Notes under the pieces: model-generated
Database searches by the model: none
Seen by the model: only the letters and a program-made list of their open reading frames with translations
What the model was told of the DNA's origin: nothing
NCBI GenBank assembly: GCA_963700145.1
Contig: OY969474.1
Span: forward strand, 3,808,001 to 3,872,000
From: an uncultured Acidobacteriota bacterium
Lineage (GTDB): Bacteria; Acidobacteriota; Thermoanaerobaculia; Multivoradales; UBA5704
DNA: 64,000 bases
Reading direction: 5' to 3'
Part shown: positions 43,825 to 58,400 of the stretch, in pieces
Numbering within the stretch: the stretch's first letter is position 1
Layout: each line of letters begins with the position of its first letter
Made by a program: the position numbers and the translations under genes

Positions 43825-44295
43825 ATGATCAGGATCACCCGGCAAACCGACTACGGCATCGTCCTGCTGAGCCATCTCGCGTCCAATGCCGAGCGGCGCT
43901 ACAACGCCCCGGAGCTGGCCGCCGAGGCCCATCTGCCCGTGCCGATGGTCGCCAAGATCCTGAAACTACTCGCCCGCGAGGGGCTTCTCGTGTCCCACCG
44001 CGGCGTCAAAGGCGGCTACAGCCTCGCCCGCCTCCCCGAGACCATCTCCATGGCCGAAATCATCACCGCCCTCGAAGGCCCCATCGCCCTGACCGAGTGC
44101 GTCGAAGAGACCGGCGTCTGCGTCCACGAGCCCATCTGCCCGTCGCGCAGCAACTGGCACGTCATCAGCCGCGCCGTGCGCCGGGCCCTCGAAGGGATCA
44201 CCCTGGCCGAGATGATCCACCCGCTCCCAGCCGCCGCCAAGCTGGTCACCCTGGGCTCCGGCCGCGCTGCGGCCCCGGCCCCGGCCAACATCTGA
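43825..44295 (+). CDS. Rrf2 family SUF Fe-S assembly regulator
   Basis: 'RITRQTDYG', '[13 protein letters not shown]', '[16 protein letters not shown]' (three Cys). Confidence 0.9.
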   Translation: MIRITRQTDYGIVLLSHLASNAERRYNAPELAAEAHLPVPMVAKILKLLAREGLLVSHRGVKGGYSLARLPETISMAEIITALEGPIALTECVEETGVCVHEPICPSRSNWHVISRAVRRALEGITLAEMIHPLPAAAKLVTLGSGRAAAPAPANI

Positions 44296-44306
44296 CGAGG
44301 ACGCCC

Positions 44307-46545
<2,239 letters not shown>

Positions 46546-46547
46546 CG

Positions 46548-47900
46548 ATGGCCACGACCCTGGAGACGCCGGCGACCGGCGTCGCCGCCGACGCCAGGAG
46601 CGGCTTCCTCGCCGACTGGGAGCGCTTCACGGCCGGGCGGCCGCGCAGCGAGCCGGCGGCCTTGGCCGCCCTCCGCCGGCGCGCCATCGAGCGCTTCGCC
46701 GAGCTCGGCTTCCCGTCGCAGCGCCAGGAGGAGTGGCGCTTCATCGACTTCGCGGCGCTCTCGAAGCTCGTCTTCCGGCGCGACGAGGCGGGGGAGTTCG
46801 CGCCCACCGAGGCCGAGGTGGCGCCGCACCGCATCCCGGGCGCGATCGAGCTGGTCTTCGCCAACGGCCGCTACGTGCCGCAGCTCTCACGCCTCGAGGG
46901 GCTGCCGGCCGGCGCCGTCGTGTCGGGGCTCGCCGAGCTCCTGGCGCGCGATCCGGAGCGCACCCTGCCGCTCCTCGGCCGCTACGCGAGCTCCGAGCGA
47001 CACCCGTTCGTCGCGCTCGCCACCGCCTTCCTCGCCGACGGCGCGTACGTCGAGCTGACGGCCGGGACGGTGCTCGCGGCGCCGGTGCACCTGATCTTCC
47101 TCTCCCGGGGCGACGGGATCGCGTCGTTCCCACGCGTCCTCGCCGTCGCCGGCGAGGCGTCGCAGCTCACCCTGGTCGAGACCTACGCCGGCGACGGCGC
47201 CTACTTCACGGCGCCGGTGACCGAGCTGGTCGCCGGGCCGGCCGCGGTCGTCGACCACTACAAGGTGCAGCGCGAGGGCCTCGGGGCCTTCCACCTCGCC
47301 ACCTTCCAGCTCCAGGCCGAGCGGTCGAGCGCGCCGTCGTCGCATTCGCTCGCCTTCGGCGGCGGGCTGGTGCGCAACGACGTCAACGCCGTCCTCGCCG
47401 GCGAGGGGGTGGACTGCATCCTCAACGGCCTCTACGTCCTCGAGGGGCGGCAGCTCGTGGACAACCACATGCGCGTCGAGCACGCGGCGCCCCACTGCGG
47501 CAGCCACGAGCTGTACAAGGGCGTCCTCGACGGCCACGCGCGCGCCGTCTTCAACGGTCTCATCTACGTCCACCCCGGAGCGCAGAAGACCGACGCCAAG
47601 CAGAGCAACCGCAACCTCCTGCTGTCGCGTCACGCCGTCGCCAACTCCAACCCGCAGCTCGAGATCTTCGCCGACGACGTCAAGTGCACCCACGGCTCGA
47701 CCGTCGGCCAGCTCGACGACGACGCCATCTTCTACCTGCGGTCGCGCGGCATCGGCGCCGACGCGGCGCGCAGCCTCCTCACCTACGCCTTCGCCAGCGA
47801 CATCGTGGCGCGGATCAAGGTCGAGGCGGTGCGCCACGACCTCGAGGAGTTCCTCTTCGCCCGGCTCCCCAAGGGGGAGATCGTGCGCCAGGCGGTGTGA
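46548..47900 (+). CDS. sufD: Fe-S cluster assembly protein SufD
   Basis: 'EEWRF', 'AQKTDAKQ', 'PQLEIFADDVKCTHG', 'FYLRSRGI'. Confidence 0.95.
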   Translation: MATTLETPATGVAADARSGFLADWERFTAGRPRSEPAALAALRRRAIERFAELGFPSQRQEEWRFIDFAALSKLVFRRDEAGEFAPTEAEVAPHRIPGAIELVFANGRYVPQLSRLEGLPAGAVVSGLAELLARDPERTLPLLGRYASSERHPFVALATAFLADGAYVELTAGTVLAAPVHLIFLSRGDGIASFPRVLAVAGEASQLTLVETYAGDGAYFTAPVTELVAGPAAVVDHYKVQREGLGAFHLATFQLQAERSSAPSSHSLAFGGGLVRNDVNAVLAGEGVDCILNGLYVLEGRQLVDNHMRVEHAAPHCGSHELYKGVLDGHARAVFNGLIYVHPGAQKTDAKQSNRNLLLSRHAVANSNPQLEIFADDVKCTHGSTVGQLDDDAIFYLRSRGIGADAARSLLTYAFASDIVARIKVEAVRHDLEEFLFARLPKGEIVRQAV

Positions 47901-47902
47901 CG

Positions 47903-49167
<1,265 letters not shown>

Positions 49168-49171
<4 letters not shown>

Positions 49172-49632
49172 CCGTCGCCGACCTCTCCGATCTCTACCAG
49201 GAGGTCATCCTCGACCACAACCGCAGACCGCGGAACTTTGGCGAGCTGCCGGCGGCCAACCGCACGGCGCGCGGCCACAACCCGCTGTGCGGCGACAAGG
49301 TGACGCTCTTCGTGCAGGTCGCCGGGGACCGCGTCGAGGACATCGCCTTCCAGGGCAGTGGCTGCGCCATCTCGATGGCGGCGGCGTCGCTGATGACCGA
49401 GGCGCTCAAGGGGGTGCCCGTCGAGGAGGCGCAGTCTCTCTTCGAGGGCTTCCACCGCCTGGTCACCAGCCGCCCCGGCGAGCCGGTCGAGGTGCCGGCC
49501 GAGCTGGGGAAGCTCGCCGTCTTCGCCGGCGTGCGCGACTACCCGGTGCGCGTCAAGTGCGCCACCCTTCCCTGGCACACCTTCAATGCGGCGCTCGCCG
49601 GCGGCGATGCGCGCCCCGTCTCGACGGAGTAA
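49168..49632 (+). CDS. sufU: SufU (NifU-like) sulfur transfer protein
   Basis: 'LYQEVILDH', 'NPLCGD', 'GCAIS', 'RVKCATL.WH'. Confidence 0.93.
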
Positions 49633-49634
49633 CC

Positions 49635-49985
49635 ATGTCCGAACCGATCGCCCCTCCCGTGCCCGCTCCGTTCGCCGCCTCCGACGACATCGAAGCCGGC
49701 GTCGTCGAGGCCCTCAAGTCGATCTTCGACCCCGAGATCCCGGTCAACATCTACGAGCTGGGCCTCATCTACGACCTGGAGGTCGCGCCCGACGGCCAGG
49801 TCGGGATCAAGATGACCCTGACCTCCCCGGCCTGCCCGGTCGCCGGCTCGCTGCCCCCCGAGGTCAAGGCGAAAGTGGAAAATGTGCCCGGCGTGACCGG
49901 CGCCGAGGTCGAGGTCGTGTGGGACCCGGTGTGGAACCCGTCGATGATGTCGGAGGCCGCCCGGCTGCAGCTCGGCATGTTCTAG
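49635..49985 (+). CDS. sufT: SufT / DUF59 Fe-S assembly protein
   Basis: 'DPEIPVNIYELGLIY', 'MTLTSPACPVAG'. Confidence 0.9.
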   Translation: MSEPIAPPVPAPFAASDDIEAGVVEALKSIFDPEIPVNIYELGLIYDLEVAPDGQVGIKMTLTSPACPVAGSLPPEVKAKVENVPGVTGAEVEVVWDPVWNPSMMSEAARLQLGMF

Positions 49986-50051
49986 CTGGACCGAAATCTG
50001 CATGAAGCGCGGCCGAGGGTCGCAGCCGAAACCAGTCCCTCGGGAGCCAGC

Positions 50052-51248
50052 GTGAAGAGCCAGCCTGTGCGCAAAACGCCGCCAGACGAGGGTGGAACCG
50101 TCGTTTCCTTCGAGGAGGAGAGGCACCGGTCCCCGCAGCCGGTGCCTCCGGGGATGGAGCCGATGGGGCGGCTGGCGGGCGGCATCGCGCACGTCTTCAA
50201 CAACATGCTGACGGCGATCCTCTGCGAGGCCGAGCTCGCTCTCCTCGGTCTCCCCAACGACCACCCGGCGCGCAAGCACCTGGCCGAGGTCGAGCGCACC
50301 GGCGAGCGCGGCGCCGCTTTGGCGCGGCAGCTCCTGGCCTTCAGCGGCCGCCAGGTGCTGACCCCGCGGCTGGTGCAGTGGAACGCCCTGCTGCGCAACA
50401 TGGGGGAGACCCTCCACCGCATCCTCGGCGACCGCGTGGAAGTGAAGCTCGTACTCGAGCCCGACCTCGACCGCGTCAACGGCGACCCCGTGCAGCTCGA
50501 GCAGGTCATCCTCAACCTCGCCGCCAACGCGCGCGAGGCGATGCCGGACGGCGGTACCTTCACTTTGGAAACCGCCAACGTCGGCGGCATCGGGGAGCGG
50601 CAGGTGCTGCTCAAGGTCACCGACACCGGCCGCGGCATGGACGACGAGGTGCGCACCCGCGCCTTCGAGCCCTTCTTCACCACCAAGGTCGGGGTCGAGG
50701 CGAGCGGCCTCGGGCTCTCGACGGTCTACGGCGTCGTCATCCAGAGCGGCGGCGACGTGCTGGTCGAGAGCGCGGCGGAGAAGGGGACGAGCCTCTACCT
50801 CTACTTCCCTTCGGCCGAAGAGGAGGGGCAGCGCGAGGTCAACCCGGACCGCGGCGCGCGCGGGCAGGAGTGGGAGACGATCCTCCTCGTCGAGGACGAG
50901 GACAACGTGCGCAAGCCGCTGGCCGAGATCCTCGCCAACCGCGGCTACAAGGTGCTCGACGCCGCCGACGCCGCCCAGGCGCTCGGTCTCTCGCAAGGGC
51001 ACCGCGGGCCGATCCACCTGATGGTCACCGACGTCCTGATGGCCGGCATGAGCGGCGTCGAGCTCGCCGACCGCCTCAGCTTCCAGCGCCCGGAGATGAA
51101 GGTCCTCTTCGCCACCGGCTACCCGGCCGGCCTCACCGAGGAGGGCAGCGGCACCCTCGTCCGCGAGGACGTGCCCCTGCTCAAGAAGCCCTTCACCGGC
51201 CGCATCCTCCTGGCCAAGGTCCGCGAAGTCCTCGACAGCCCGGACTAG
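50052..51248 (+). CDS. Sensor-less CckA-type hybrid histidine kinase/receiver
   Basis: 'GRLAGGIAHVFNNML', 'QLLAFS', 'NLAANAREAM', 'DTGRGM', 'FEPFFTTK'; C-terminal REC 'LLVEDE', 'VTDV', 'KPF'. Confidence 0.88.
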   Translation: MKSQPVRKTPPDEGGTVVSFEEERHRSPQPVPPGMEPMGRLAGGIAHVFNNMLTAILCEAELALLGLPNDHPARKHLAEVERTGERGAALARQLLAFSGRQVLTPRLVQWNALLRNMGETLHRILGDRVEVKLVLEPDLDRVNGDPVQLEQVILNLAANAREAMPDGGTFTLETANVGGIGERQVLLKVTDTGRGMDDEVRTRAFEPFFTTKVGVEASGLGLSTVYGVVIQSGGDVLVESAAEKGTSLYLYFPSAEEEGQREVNPDRGARGQEWETILLVEDEDNVRKPLAEILANRGYKVLDAADAAQALGLSQGHRGPIHLMVTDVLMAGMSGVELADRLSFQRPEMKVLFATGYPAGLTEEGSGTLVREDVPLLKKPFTGRILLAKVREVLDSPD

Positions 51249-51269
51249 CCCGCGGCAGGCCTGCGACCC

Positions 51270-51770
51270 GTGCAGCGCGAGTGGGCGATCCTCTGGCCGC
51301 AGCTCGGGGCGGCGATCGACATGCTCGAGAACGCGATGGACGCCTGTCCCGAGGAGCTGTGGGGCGACCGCTCGCAGCAGCCGGAGTTCTGGTACCTCGT
51401 CTTCCACACCCTCTTCTTCCTCGACTACTACCTCGCCGACTCGCCCGCGGGCTTCGCGCCGCCGGCGCCGTTCACGCTCGACGAGCTGGACCCGGCGGGG
51501 GTGCTGCCGGAGCGGCCGTACACGAAGGACGAGCTGCGCGCCTACCTCGCGCACGGCCGCGCCAAGTGCCGGGCGGCGATCGCGGCGCTCGACGACGAGA
51601 CGGCGCGCGAGCGCCGCACCTTCCCGATCGGCGAGGCCAGCGTCGTCGAGCTGCTGCTCTACAACCTGCGCCACGTCCAGCACCACACGGCGCAGCTCAA
51701 CCTGATCCTGCGCCAGCGCACCGACTCGGCCCCGGGCTGGGTCCGCCGGGCGAAGGACGCGCTCGACTGA
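51270..51770 (+). CDS. DinB family protein
   Basis: 'ACPEELW', 'FWYLVFHTL', 'YNLRHVQHH.AQL'. Confidence 0.85.
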   Translation: MQREWAILWPQLGAAIDMLENAMDACPEELWGDRSQQPEFWYLVFHTLFFLDYYLADSPAGFAPPAPFTLDELDPAGVLPERPYTKDELRAYLAHGRAKCRAAIAALDDETARERRTFPIGEASVVELLLYNLRHVQHHTAQLNLILRQRTDSAPGWVRRAKDALD

Positions 51771-51787
51771 CGTTCGTGCCCCCTTCC

Positions 51788-52177
51788 GTGACCCTCGACG
51801 TCCTCCTGGAGCCCTTCGCCGTCGTGCGCCTCACCGCCGACGCCGCCGTGCCGGAGTGGGCGCGGGGCGCCGTCGCCCTCGTCTCGGTGACGCGCACCGC
51901 CGACGAGCTCTCGATCGTTTGCCCCGAGGCCGCCGTGCCCCCCAACCTGCCGGCACAGCGCGGCTTCCGCGGCCTCCGCGTGCGCGGGCCGCTCGACTTC
52001 TCCGCCGTCGGCGTCCTCGCCTCCCTCGCCGGCCCCCTCGCCGCGGCCGGCGTCAGCCTCTTCGCCCTCTCGACCTACGACACCGACTACCTCCTCGTCC
52101 GCGCCGCCGACCTCGAGCGCGCCGTCGCGGCCCTCGCCGGAGCGGGGCACGCCCTGGCGCCCGCCGCCGAGTTGTAG
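51788..52177 (+). CDS. ACT-domain protein (CASTOR/ACT_7-like)
   Basis: 'SVTRTADELSIVC', 'GPLDFSAVGVLA', 'STYDTDYLLV'. Confidence 0.85.
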   Translation: MTLDVLLEPFAVVRLTADAAVPEWARGAVALVSVTRTADELSIVCPEAAVPPNLPAQRGFRGLRVRGPLDFSAVGVLASLAGPLAAAGVSLFALSTYDTDYLLVRAADLERAVAALAGAGHALAPAAEL

Positions 52178-52208
52178 GCTAGGGGGGCTACCCGACAGAG
52201 GAGGTGGG

Positions 52209-53588
52209 ATGGCGCCCGAGACGCCGGAGCCCATGCCGGATTTGCTTCAGGACGCCGCGGCCCGCGCGGCGCGCTATCTCGACGGGCTGGCCGCCCGCCG
52301 GGTGGCGCCGTCGGCGGATGCCGTGCGCGGCCTCGCGGCGTGGGACACCCCCATGCCCGCGGGCCCGACCCCCGCCGCCGAGGTGCTGCGGCTCCTCGAC
52401 GAGGTGGGCTCGCCGGCGACCATGGGCATGGCGGGCGGACGCTTCTTCGGCTTCGTCATCGGCGGTGCGCTGCCCGCGACCGTGGCGGCGAGCTGGCTGG
52501 CGACGGCGTGGGACCAGAACACCGGCCTCCAGACCATTACCCCGGCGACCTCGGAGCTGGAGCGCATCGCGCTCGGCTGGCTGGTCGACCTCCTGGGCTT
52601 GCCGCCCGGCACCGGCGGCGGCTACGTCACCGGGGCCACCGTCGCCAACTTCACCGCCCTCGCCGCCGCCCGCCACGCGGTGCTGCGGCAGGCGGGATGG
52701 GACGTCGAGGCCGACGGCCTCTTCGGCGCGCCGCCGGTCACCGTCGTGGTGGGGGAGGAGGCGCACCCCACGCTCCACAAGGCGCTCGGCCTCCTCGGGC
52801 TCGGCCGCGCGCGCGTCGCGACCGTGCCGGTGGACGGCCAGGGGCGCATGCGCGCAAGCGCCCTGCCGCGCCTGGCGCCGCCGGCGATCGTCTGCCTGCA
52901 GGCGGGCAACGTGAACACCGGCGCCTTCGATCCCGCTCCCGAGATCGTGCCGCGCGCCCGCGAGGCGGGCGCCTGGGTGCACGTGGACGGCGCCTTCGGG
53001 CTGTGGGCCGCGGCCTCGCCCCGGCTCGCCCACCTCGCGGCGGGCTTCGGCGACGCCGACTCCTGGGCCACCGACGCGCACAAGTGGCTCAACGTGCCCT
53101 ACGACTCGGGACTCGCCTTTGCGCGCGACCCCGAGGCGCTGCGCGCGGCGATGTCGGTGCGCGCCGCGTATCTGCCGACCGCCGAGCGCAACCCCTCCGA
53201 CTTCACGCCCGAGCTGTCGCGGCGGGGGCGCGGCGTCGAGGTGTGGGCGGCGCTGCGCGCCCTCGGCCGCTCCGGCATCGCCGAGCTGGTCGAGCGCAAC
53301 TGCCGGCAGGCGCGGCGCTTCGCCGAGGGCCTCGCGGCGGCCGGGCACGAGGTGCTCAACGAGGTCGTGCTCAACCAGGTGCTGGTCGCCTTCGGGCCGC
53401 CGGCGACGACCGAGCGCGTCGTCGCCGCCGTCCAGGAGGACGGCACCTGCTGGTGCGGCCCGACCGTCTGGCAGGGCCGCACCGCGATGCGCATCAGCGT
53501 CTCCTCCTGGGCCACGACCGACGAGGACGTCGAGAAGAGCCTCGACGCCATGCTCCGCGCCGCGGCGCGCGAGGGAGCGGGGCGCTAG
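52209..53588 (+). CDS. PLP-dependent amino acid decarboxylase (group II)
   Basis: 'RFFGFVIGG', 'HVDGAFG', 'DAHKWLNVPYDSG'. Confidence 0.9.
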   Translation: MAPETPEPMPDLLQDAAARAARYLDGLAARRVAPSADAVRGLAAWDTPMPAGPTPAAEVLRLLDEVGSPATMGMAGGRFFGFVIGGALPATVAASWLATAWDQNTGLQTITPATSELERIALGWLVDLLGLPPGTGGGYVTGATVANFTALAAARHAVLRQAGWDVEADGLFGAPPVTVVVGEEAHPTLHKALGLLGLGRARVATVPVDGQGRMRASALPRLAPPAIVCLQAGNVNTGAFDPAPEIVPRAREAGAWVHVDGAFGLWAAASPRLAHLAAGFGDADSWATDAHKWLNVPYDSGLAFARDPEALRAAMSVRAAYLPTAERNPSDFTPELSRRGRGVEVWAALRALGRSGIAELVERNCRQARRFAEGLAAAGHEVLNEVVLNQVLVAFGPPATTERVVAAVQEDGTCWCGPTVWQGRTAMRISVSSWATTDEDVEKSLDAMLRAAAREGAGR

Positions 53589-53596
53589 CGCCGGCC

Positions 53597-54481
53597 ATGG
53601 CCGCCCTGCCCGAGCCCGGTCCCGCCCGCGAGGCGCCGCCGCCGGTGCCGGTCGCCTTCGTCAAGTACTACGACAAGGGATCGACGCTGATGGGGGCGCA
53701 CCAGATCGCCGACGGCCTGGCGGCGCGCGGCTGGCAGGCGCGCGCCATCTACGCCCGCGAGCTGCCGGCGGTGCGCCGCGGCATCCTGGTCTTCATCAAG
53801 ACCTCGCGGCTCGACCACCTGCTCGCCGCCCGCGCGCGCGGCAACCGCCTCGTCCTCGACGTTCAGGACACGGTGGTCTTCAAGCGGCGGATCAAGAACC
53901 GCTGGCTCTACGACGCGCTGATCCTCAAGAACCGGCGCCAGCTCGCCGACTTCGGCCGGCCGGGCCGCGCCGACTGCCTCATCTACCACCAGTGGGACCC
54001 GCGCTACGCGCCGAACCGCGCGCCGCAGGACCGGCTGGAGGTCGCCTACGTCGGGCTGCCGCGCTCGTTCGACCTCTGGGGGCGGCTGCCCGGCGTCGCC
54101 TGCGTCGAGGACGGGCTCGCCGCCGGCGCCGCCAGCGGCTTCAACTGCCACCTCTCGGTCCGCCGGCAAGGCCGCGAGTTCCTCTACAAGCCGAACTGCA
54201 AGGTCTCGACCGCCGCCGCCTGCGACGCCGTCCTGGTCACCACGCGCGACGTGACGACCGTCGAGCTCCTCGGGGAGGACTACCCCTTCTTCTGCGAGCC
54301 GGAGCCGGGCGCCATCCAGGACGCGCTCGAGCGGGCGCGCGCCGCGCTCGGCAGCCGCGCCTGGCAGGAGGCGCGGGCCCGCCTCCGCGCCGTGCGCGAG
54401 CGCACCAGCCTCGAGCGCGTGCTCGACGACTACGAGGCCCTCCTCCGCGGCCTCGGGTCGCCCCCGGTGGGCGTCCGGTGA
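53597..54481 (+). CDS. Putative GT-B fold glycosyltransferase-like protein
   Basis: 'VLDVQD', 'KPNCKVSTAAA', 'DYPF'; adjacent to a GT14 gene; weak motifs. Confidence 0.5.
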   Translation: MAALPEPGPAREAPPPVPVAFVKYYDKGSTLMGAHQIADGLAARGWQARAIYARELPAVRRGILVFIKTSRLDHLLAARARGNRLVLDVQDTVVFKRRIKNRWLYDALILKNRRQLADFGRPGRADCLIYHQWDPRYAPNRAPQDRLEVAYVGLPRSFDLWGRLPGVACVEDGLAAGAASGFNCHLSVRRQGREFLYKPNCKVSTAAACDAVLVTTRDVTTVELLGEDYPFFCEPEPGAIQDALERARAALGSRAWQEARARLRAVRERTSLERVLDDYEALLRGLGSPPVGVR

Positions 54482-54522
54482 ACGCCACGCCGGGACGCCC
54501 GCCCATGCCAGATTGGTGAGCG

Positions 54523-55440
54523 GTGCGCGTCGCCTACTTCGTCCAGAGCCACGGCCTTGTGGCCCAGGTCGTACGGCTGCTCGCCGCCCTCCGGCGCGGC
54601 GACCCGGACGCCGCCCTGGTGGTCGGGCATTGCCCGACCGCGGAGCCGCTCCCGCGGCGCGATCTCGAGCGCTTGGGAGCGTTGAGCTTCCGGCACCGCC
54701 GCAGGGCCGAGCGGGGCTCGTGGTCGCTTCTCGAGCCCTACTTCGACGCCGTCGAGCTCCTGCGCCGCGAAGGCGTTGGCTACGACTGGCTCGTCTATCT
54801 GTCGGGGCAGGACTACCCCGTGCGACCCTTGGCGACCTGCGCAGCGGAGCTCGCGGCCAGCGACTACGACGGCTATCTGACGTGGCGGGCGGCGGAGGCC
54901 GCGAGCCCGGACGGCAGGCGCCACCGGGGGCGGCTGCGCTACCACTATCAGTATCGCGAGCTGCCCGGCCGGGAGCGCTTGCTGCGCGAGCTGCAACCGC
55001 TCAACCATCTGCAGCGGATCTTCCACGTCCACCTCACCTATGGGCCGCGGCTGGGGCTGCGGGCCCGCGGCTCCCCGTTCCGCTCCGGCTTCAGGGCCTA
55101 CTTCGGCTCGCAGTGGACCACCCTCCGCCGCGCCTGCGCCGAGCGCGTGGCGGAGGCCGGTTCGACCGGCAAGCTCGCGGCCTGGTTCCAGCGCACCATC
55201 TGCCCCGATGAAGCGTTCGCCCAGACCGTGCTGATCAACGACGGCCGCTTCCGGCTCTGCAACGACAACCTGCGCTTCGTCGACTTCGGCGTCTCACGCG
55301 ACGGCCGGCCACGCATCCTCCGCCTGAGCGACGCGCCGGCACTGTTCGCCGGCGGCTACCACTTCGCGCGCAAGTTCGACCTGGCGGTCGACCGCGAGGT
55401 CCTCGACCGTATCGACCGCGAGCTGCTGGGCGTCGGATAG
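54523..55440 (+). CDS. GT14 / Core-2/I-branching beta-1,6-GlcNAc transferase-like protein
   Basis: 'LSGQDYP', 'GSQW', 'PDEAFAQT', 'NLRFVD', 'FARKFD'. Confidence 0.85.
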   Translation: MRVAYFVQSHGLVAQVVRLLAALRRGDPDAALVVGHCPTAEPLPRRDLERLGALSFRHRRRAERGSWSLLEPYFDAVELLRREGVGYDWLVYLSGQDYPVRPLATCAAELAASDYDGYLTWRAAEAASPDGRRHRGRLRYHYQYRELPGRERLLRELQPLNHLQRIFHVHLTYGPRLGLRARGSPFRSGFRAYFGSQWTTLRRACAERVAEAGSTGKLAAWFQRTICPDEAFAQTVLINDGRFRLCNDNLRFVDFGVSRDGRPRILRLSDAPALFAGGYHFARKFDLAVDREVLDRIDRELLGVG

Positions 55441-55460
55441 CATCCCGGCGAGCCGCCGCC

Positions 55461-58400
55461 ATGCTCGAGCCGCACCCCCCTCCGGCCGGAGAGTCTCCGC
55501 CGGTCAAGCCGCCCCGCATCCGCCGGCGCCGGCGGCTCGTCCTCCTCATCCTGTCTCTGGTCATCGGCTTGCCGCTCCTCGCGGTCCTGGCGACCGTCGC
55601 CGGACTCCGCTCGGCCGCGGTCCGCCGCGCCCTCCTCGCCCGGGTCTCGACCTACCTCGACCGCGAGCTGGGGCTGGCCTTCGCCGCCGCCGACTTCGAC
55701 TTCCGTCTCGACGGCGTCGAGCTCGAAGACGTGCGGCTCGGCGCGCCGGGGGCGGCGCCGCTCCTCACCGCCGAGCGGATCGTCGCCGGGGTCGACTACG
55801 GCACCCTGCGCAGCGCGGTCCTGGTCATCCGGCGGTTGGAGGTGGTGGCGCCGCGCCTCGACCTCGCCGCACCGTTCCCCGAGCTGCCGGCGGCGGAGCC
55901 CGCGGCGCCTCCGGGGTTCGAGATCCGACGCCTCGTGCTGCGGCGCGGTGCGATCGCCGGAGCGCCGCCGAGCGGGAAGGCGGCCGAGTGGGTACGGAGC
56001 TGGCAGGTCGGCGCGATCTCGGGACGCGGCTCCTTCGTCGCCGGCACGTGGACGCTGGCGCTCGACGGCGCGCGCGGGCGGCTCGAGCGGCCGGGGTTCG
56101 AGCCGCTCGATCTGGACCTCGCGGGGCGGGCGCGCTACCGCGACGGCCGGCCGCTCGAGATCGCCGCGCTGCGCGCAACCGGCGACGGGCTCCGGCTGAG
56201 CGGGTCCGGCACGGTGGGGTTGGGTCCCGGGCAGCCGACCGCCGTGGAACTCCAGGTGGAGGCCGAGCCGCGGCTCTTCGCCGCCGGCGCGCCGCCCGGG
56301 GGAGTCGTCCGCGCCGAGGGGACGCTTCGGCTTCCCGAGTCCACTGGCCGGCTCGCCCTCTCGGCGGGCGCGTTCCCGGCCGAGGCGTTGCGACCCTACC
56401 TGGATCGCGAGCTGTTCGCCGGCGTGGAGCTCGCGGGAACGGTGGCCGACGCCCGCGCCACGCTGGTCGTGGGACCTGGGTCCTTGGCGCGCATCGCGGG
56501 CGCAGCGACCGCCACCTGGCGGCGGGGGAGCCGGCGGCTGGCGCGCGCCGCGGGCAGCGTCGAGCCTGGCCCGGAGGGCGCCGTCCGCCTGGTCGCGGAA
56601 GTCGACCTCTTGCCCGACTCCGCTGGCCGCCGGTACGTTCACGGCACGGTCGCGGCGGCGAGCTTGGCCGGCCTCGGGGAAGGCACGGCGGAGCGGATCG
56701 CGGCCGAGCTCCGCGCTCCCGACGCGCGGACGGCCTGGGAGGAGCTGCGCTCCCTCTGGCCCCGCTTCGTCCCCGCGATCCCCGCCGGCGCGCCGGTGCA
56801 GGGCGCGATTGCGGCGGACGTGACGCTCGCCGGCCCGCTCGCCTCGCCGCGCGCGGAGCTCGCGGCGTCGTGGACGCCGGCCGCCGGGTCGCGGGTCCGG
56901 ATCGAGGCCGAAGGGTTTCCCCGCAGCGGCTCCGGCTCGGCCGCGGTCGACTTCGAGGCCCTGCCGGTGGCGCTGCTCGGTCCTCTCGCCGGCACACCCG
57001 AAGGCTGGGCCGGCACGCTCTCGGGACGACTCGACCTCTCCGGCTCGCGCGCCGGTCTTCACGCCCGCCTGGACGCCACCGGGAACGAGCTTGCCGCACC
57101 CGCCGCCGCCGGCACGACCGCCACCGCCGAACGGCTCCACGTCGTGCTCGACGGGGACGTGGGGCTCGAGCCGCTGTCGTGGGCCGGCACCTACACGCTC
57201 GACCTCTCCGGCCTCGACGCTCCCGGGACGGTCCGCGCCGCGGCCGTGCGCGTCGAGGGAGACGGCCGCTTCGCCGGCGCGCTCGCCGGCCTCGCCGGGA
57301 CGGCGCGCCTCGCCGGGTCCACGATCGAGATCGCCGCCGCCGGCACCGCCCTCGACGCGCTGGCGCTGGACGCCTCGGTCGGCGGCAGCGAGCTGCGCCT
57401 CGCGTCGTTCTCCGCCGCCGCCGGCGAGCGGACGCTCGCGGGCTCCGGCCGCTTCCTCCTCGAGCCGCTCCTCGCCGAGGCCGACCTCGACCTGCGGCTC
57501 GGGGGGGTGCACGCGGCGTTGCGCGAGGCCGCGCTGACCGCGGCGCTGCGCGGCGGCACCCTGTCGATCTCGGCGCCGCGGATCGACAGCGCCGCCGGCC
57601 TGGCGAGCCTGGAGGCGACGGTGCCGCTCGGGGCCCTGCGCGCGATCCCGCAGCTCGCCGCGGCGCTCGACGCGCTCCCCTTCGCCCCCGCCGCCGGTCC
57701 GGTGTCGCTCCGCCTCCGCGCCCCCGCGCTCGACTCGGCGCCGCTCCTCGCCGCCCTCGCTCTCGCGCCGCGGCCGGAGCGGCTGCGCGCCGGCCTCGCC
57801 GCCGACCTCACCTTCGATCCCGCCTCACCCGCGGCCGGCCGCGGCGAGGTCCGCCTCGAAGGGCTCACGGTCGAGACTCCCGACGCGCGCGCGGCGGCCG
57901 AGGACCCGGCCGTCGCGCGGCTCGGCGGCGGGCGGCTGGAGCTCCTGCCGGTGCGCGTCCGGTTCGCCGGCGGCGCGGTCGCGGGCGCGGGCGCCGGCGT
58001 CGAGCTGAGCGGCCATGCCGACCTCGATCCCGCCTGGCGGCCGCAGCACGATCCGCCCGCGGCCCTGTTCTCCCGCCTCGCGCTCGACGCCGCCGGCACC
58101 CTCGACGCGGCCGTCCTCAACCCCTACCTCGCGGGGGGTGCCGGCGCCGGCGCTCTCTCCCTGACCGCCGCGGTCTCCGGCCCGCCCGACGCGCTCGCGG
58201 CGGAGGTGCGGGCCGCGGGCCCCGAGGCGTCCTTCTTCTGGGCGGCGCCCTACGCCACCCGCCTCCAGGCTCCCGAGGCGGTTCTCGCGCTGCGCGGCGG
58301 CCGCTGGCGCCTCGAGCGCGGCAGCGCGCTCTGGAACGGCGGCGCGCTCGCGGCCTCCGGCGGCAGTCGGCCGGAGGGCGGGGCGGCGCTCGCCTTCGAC

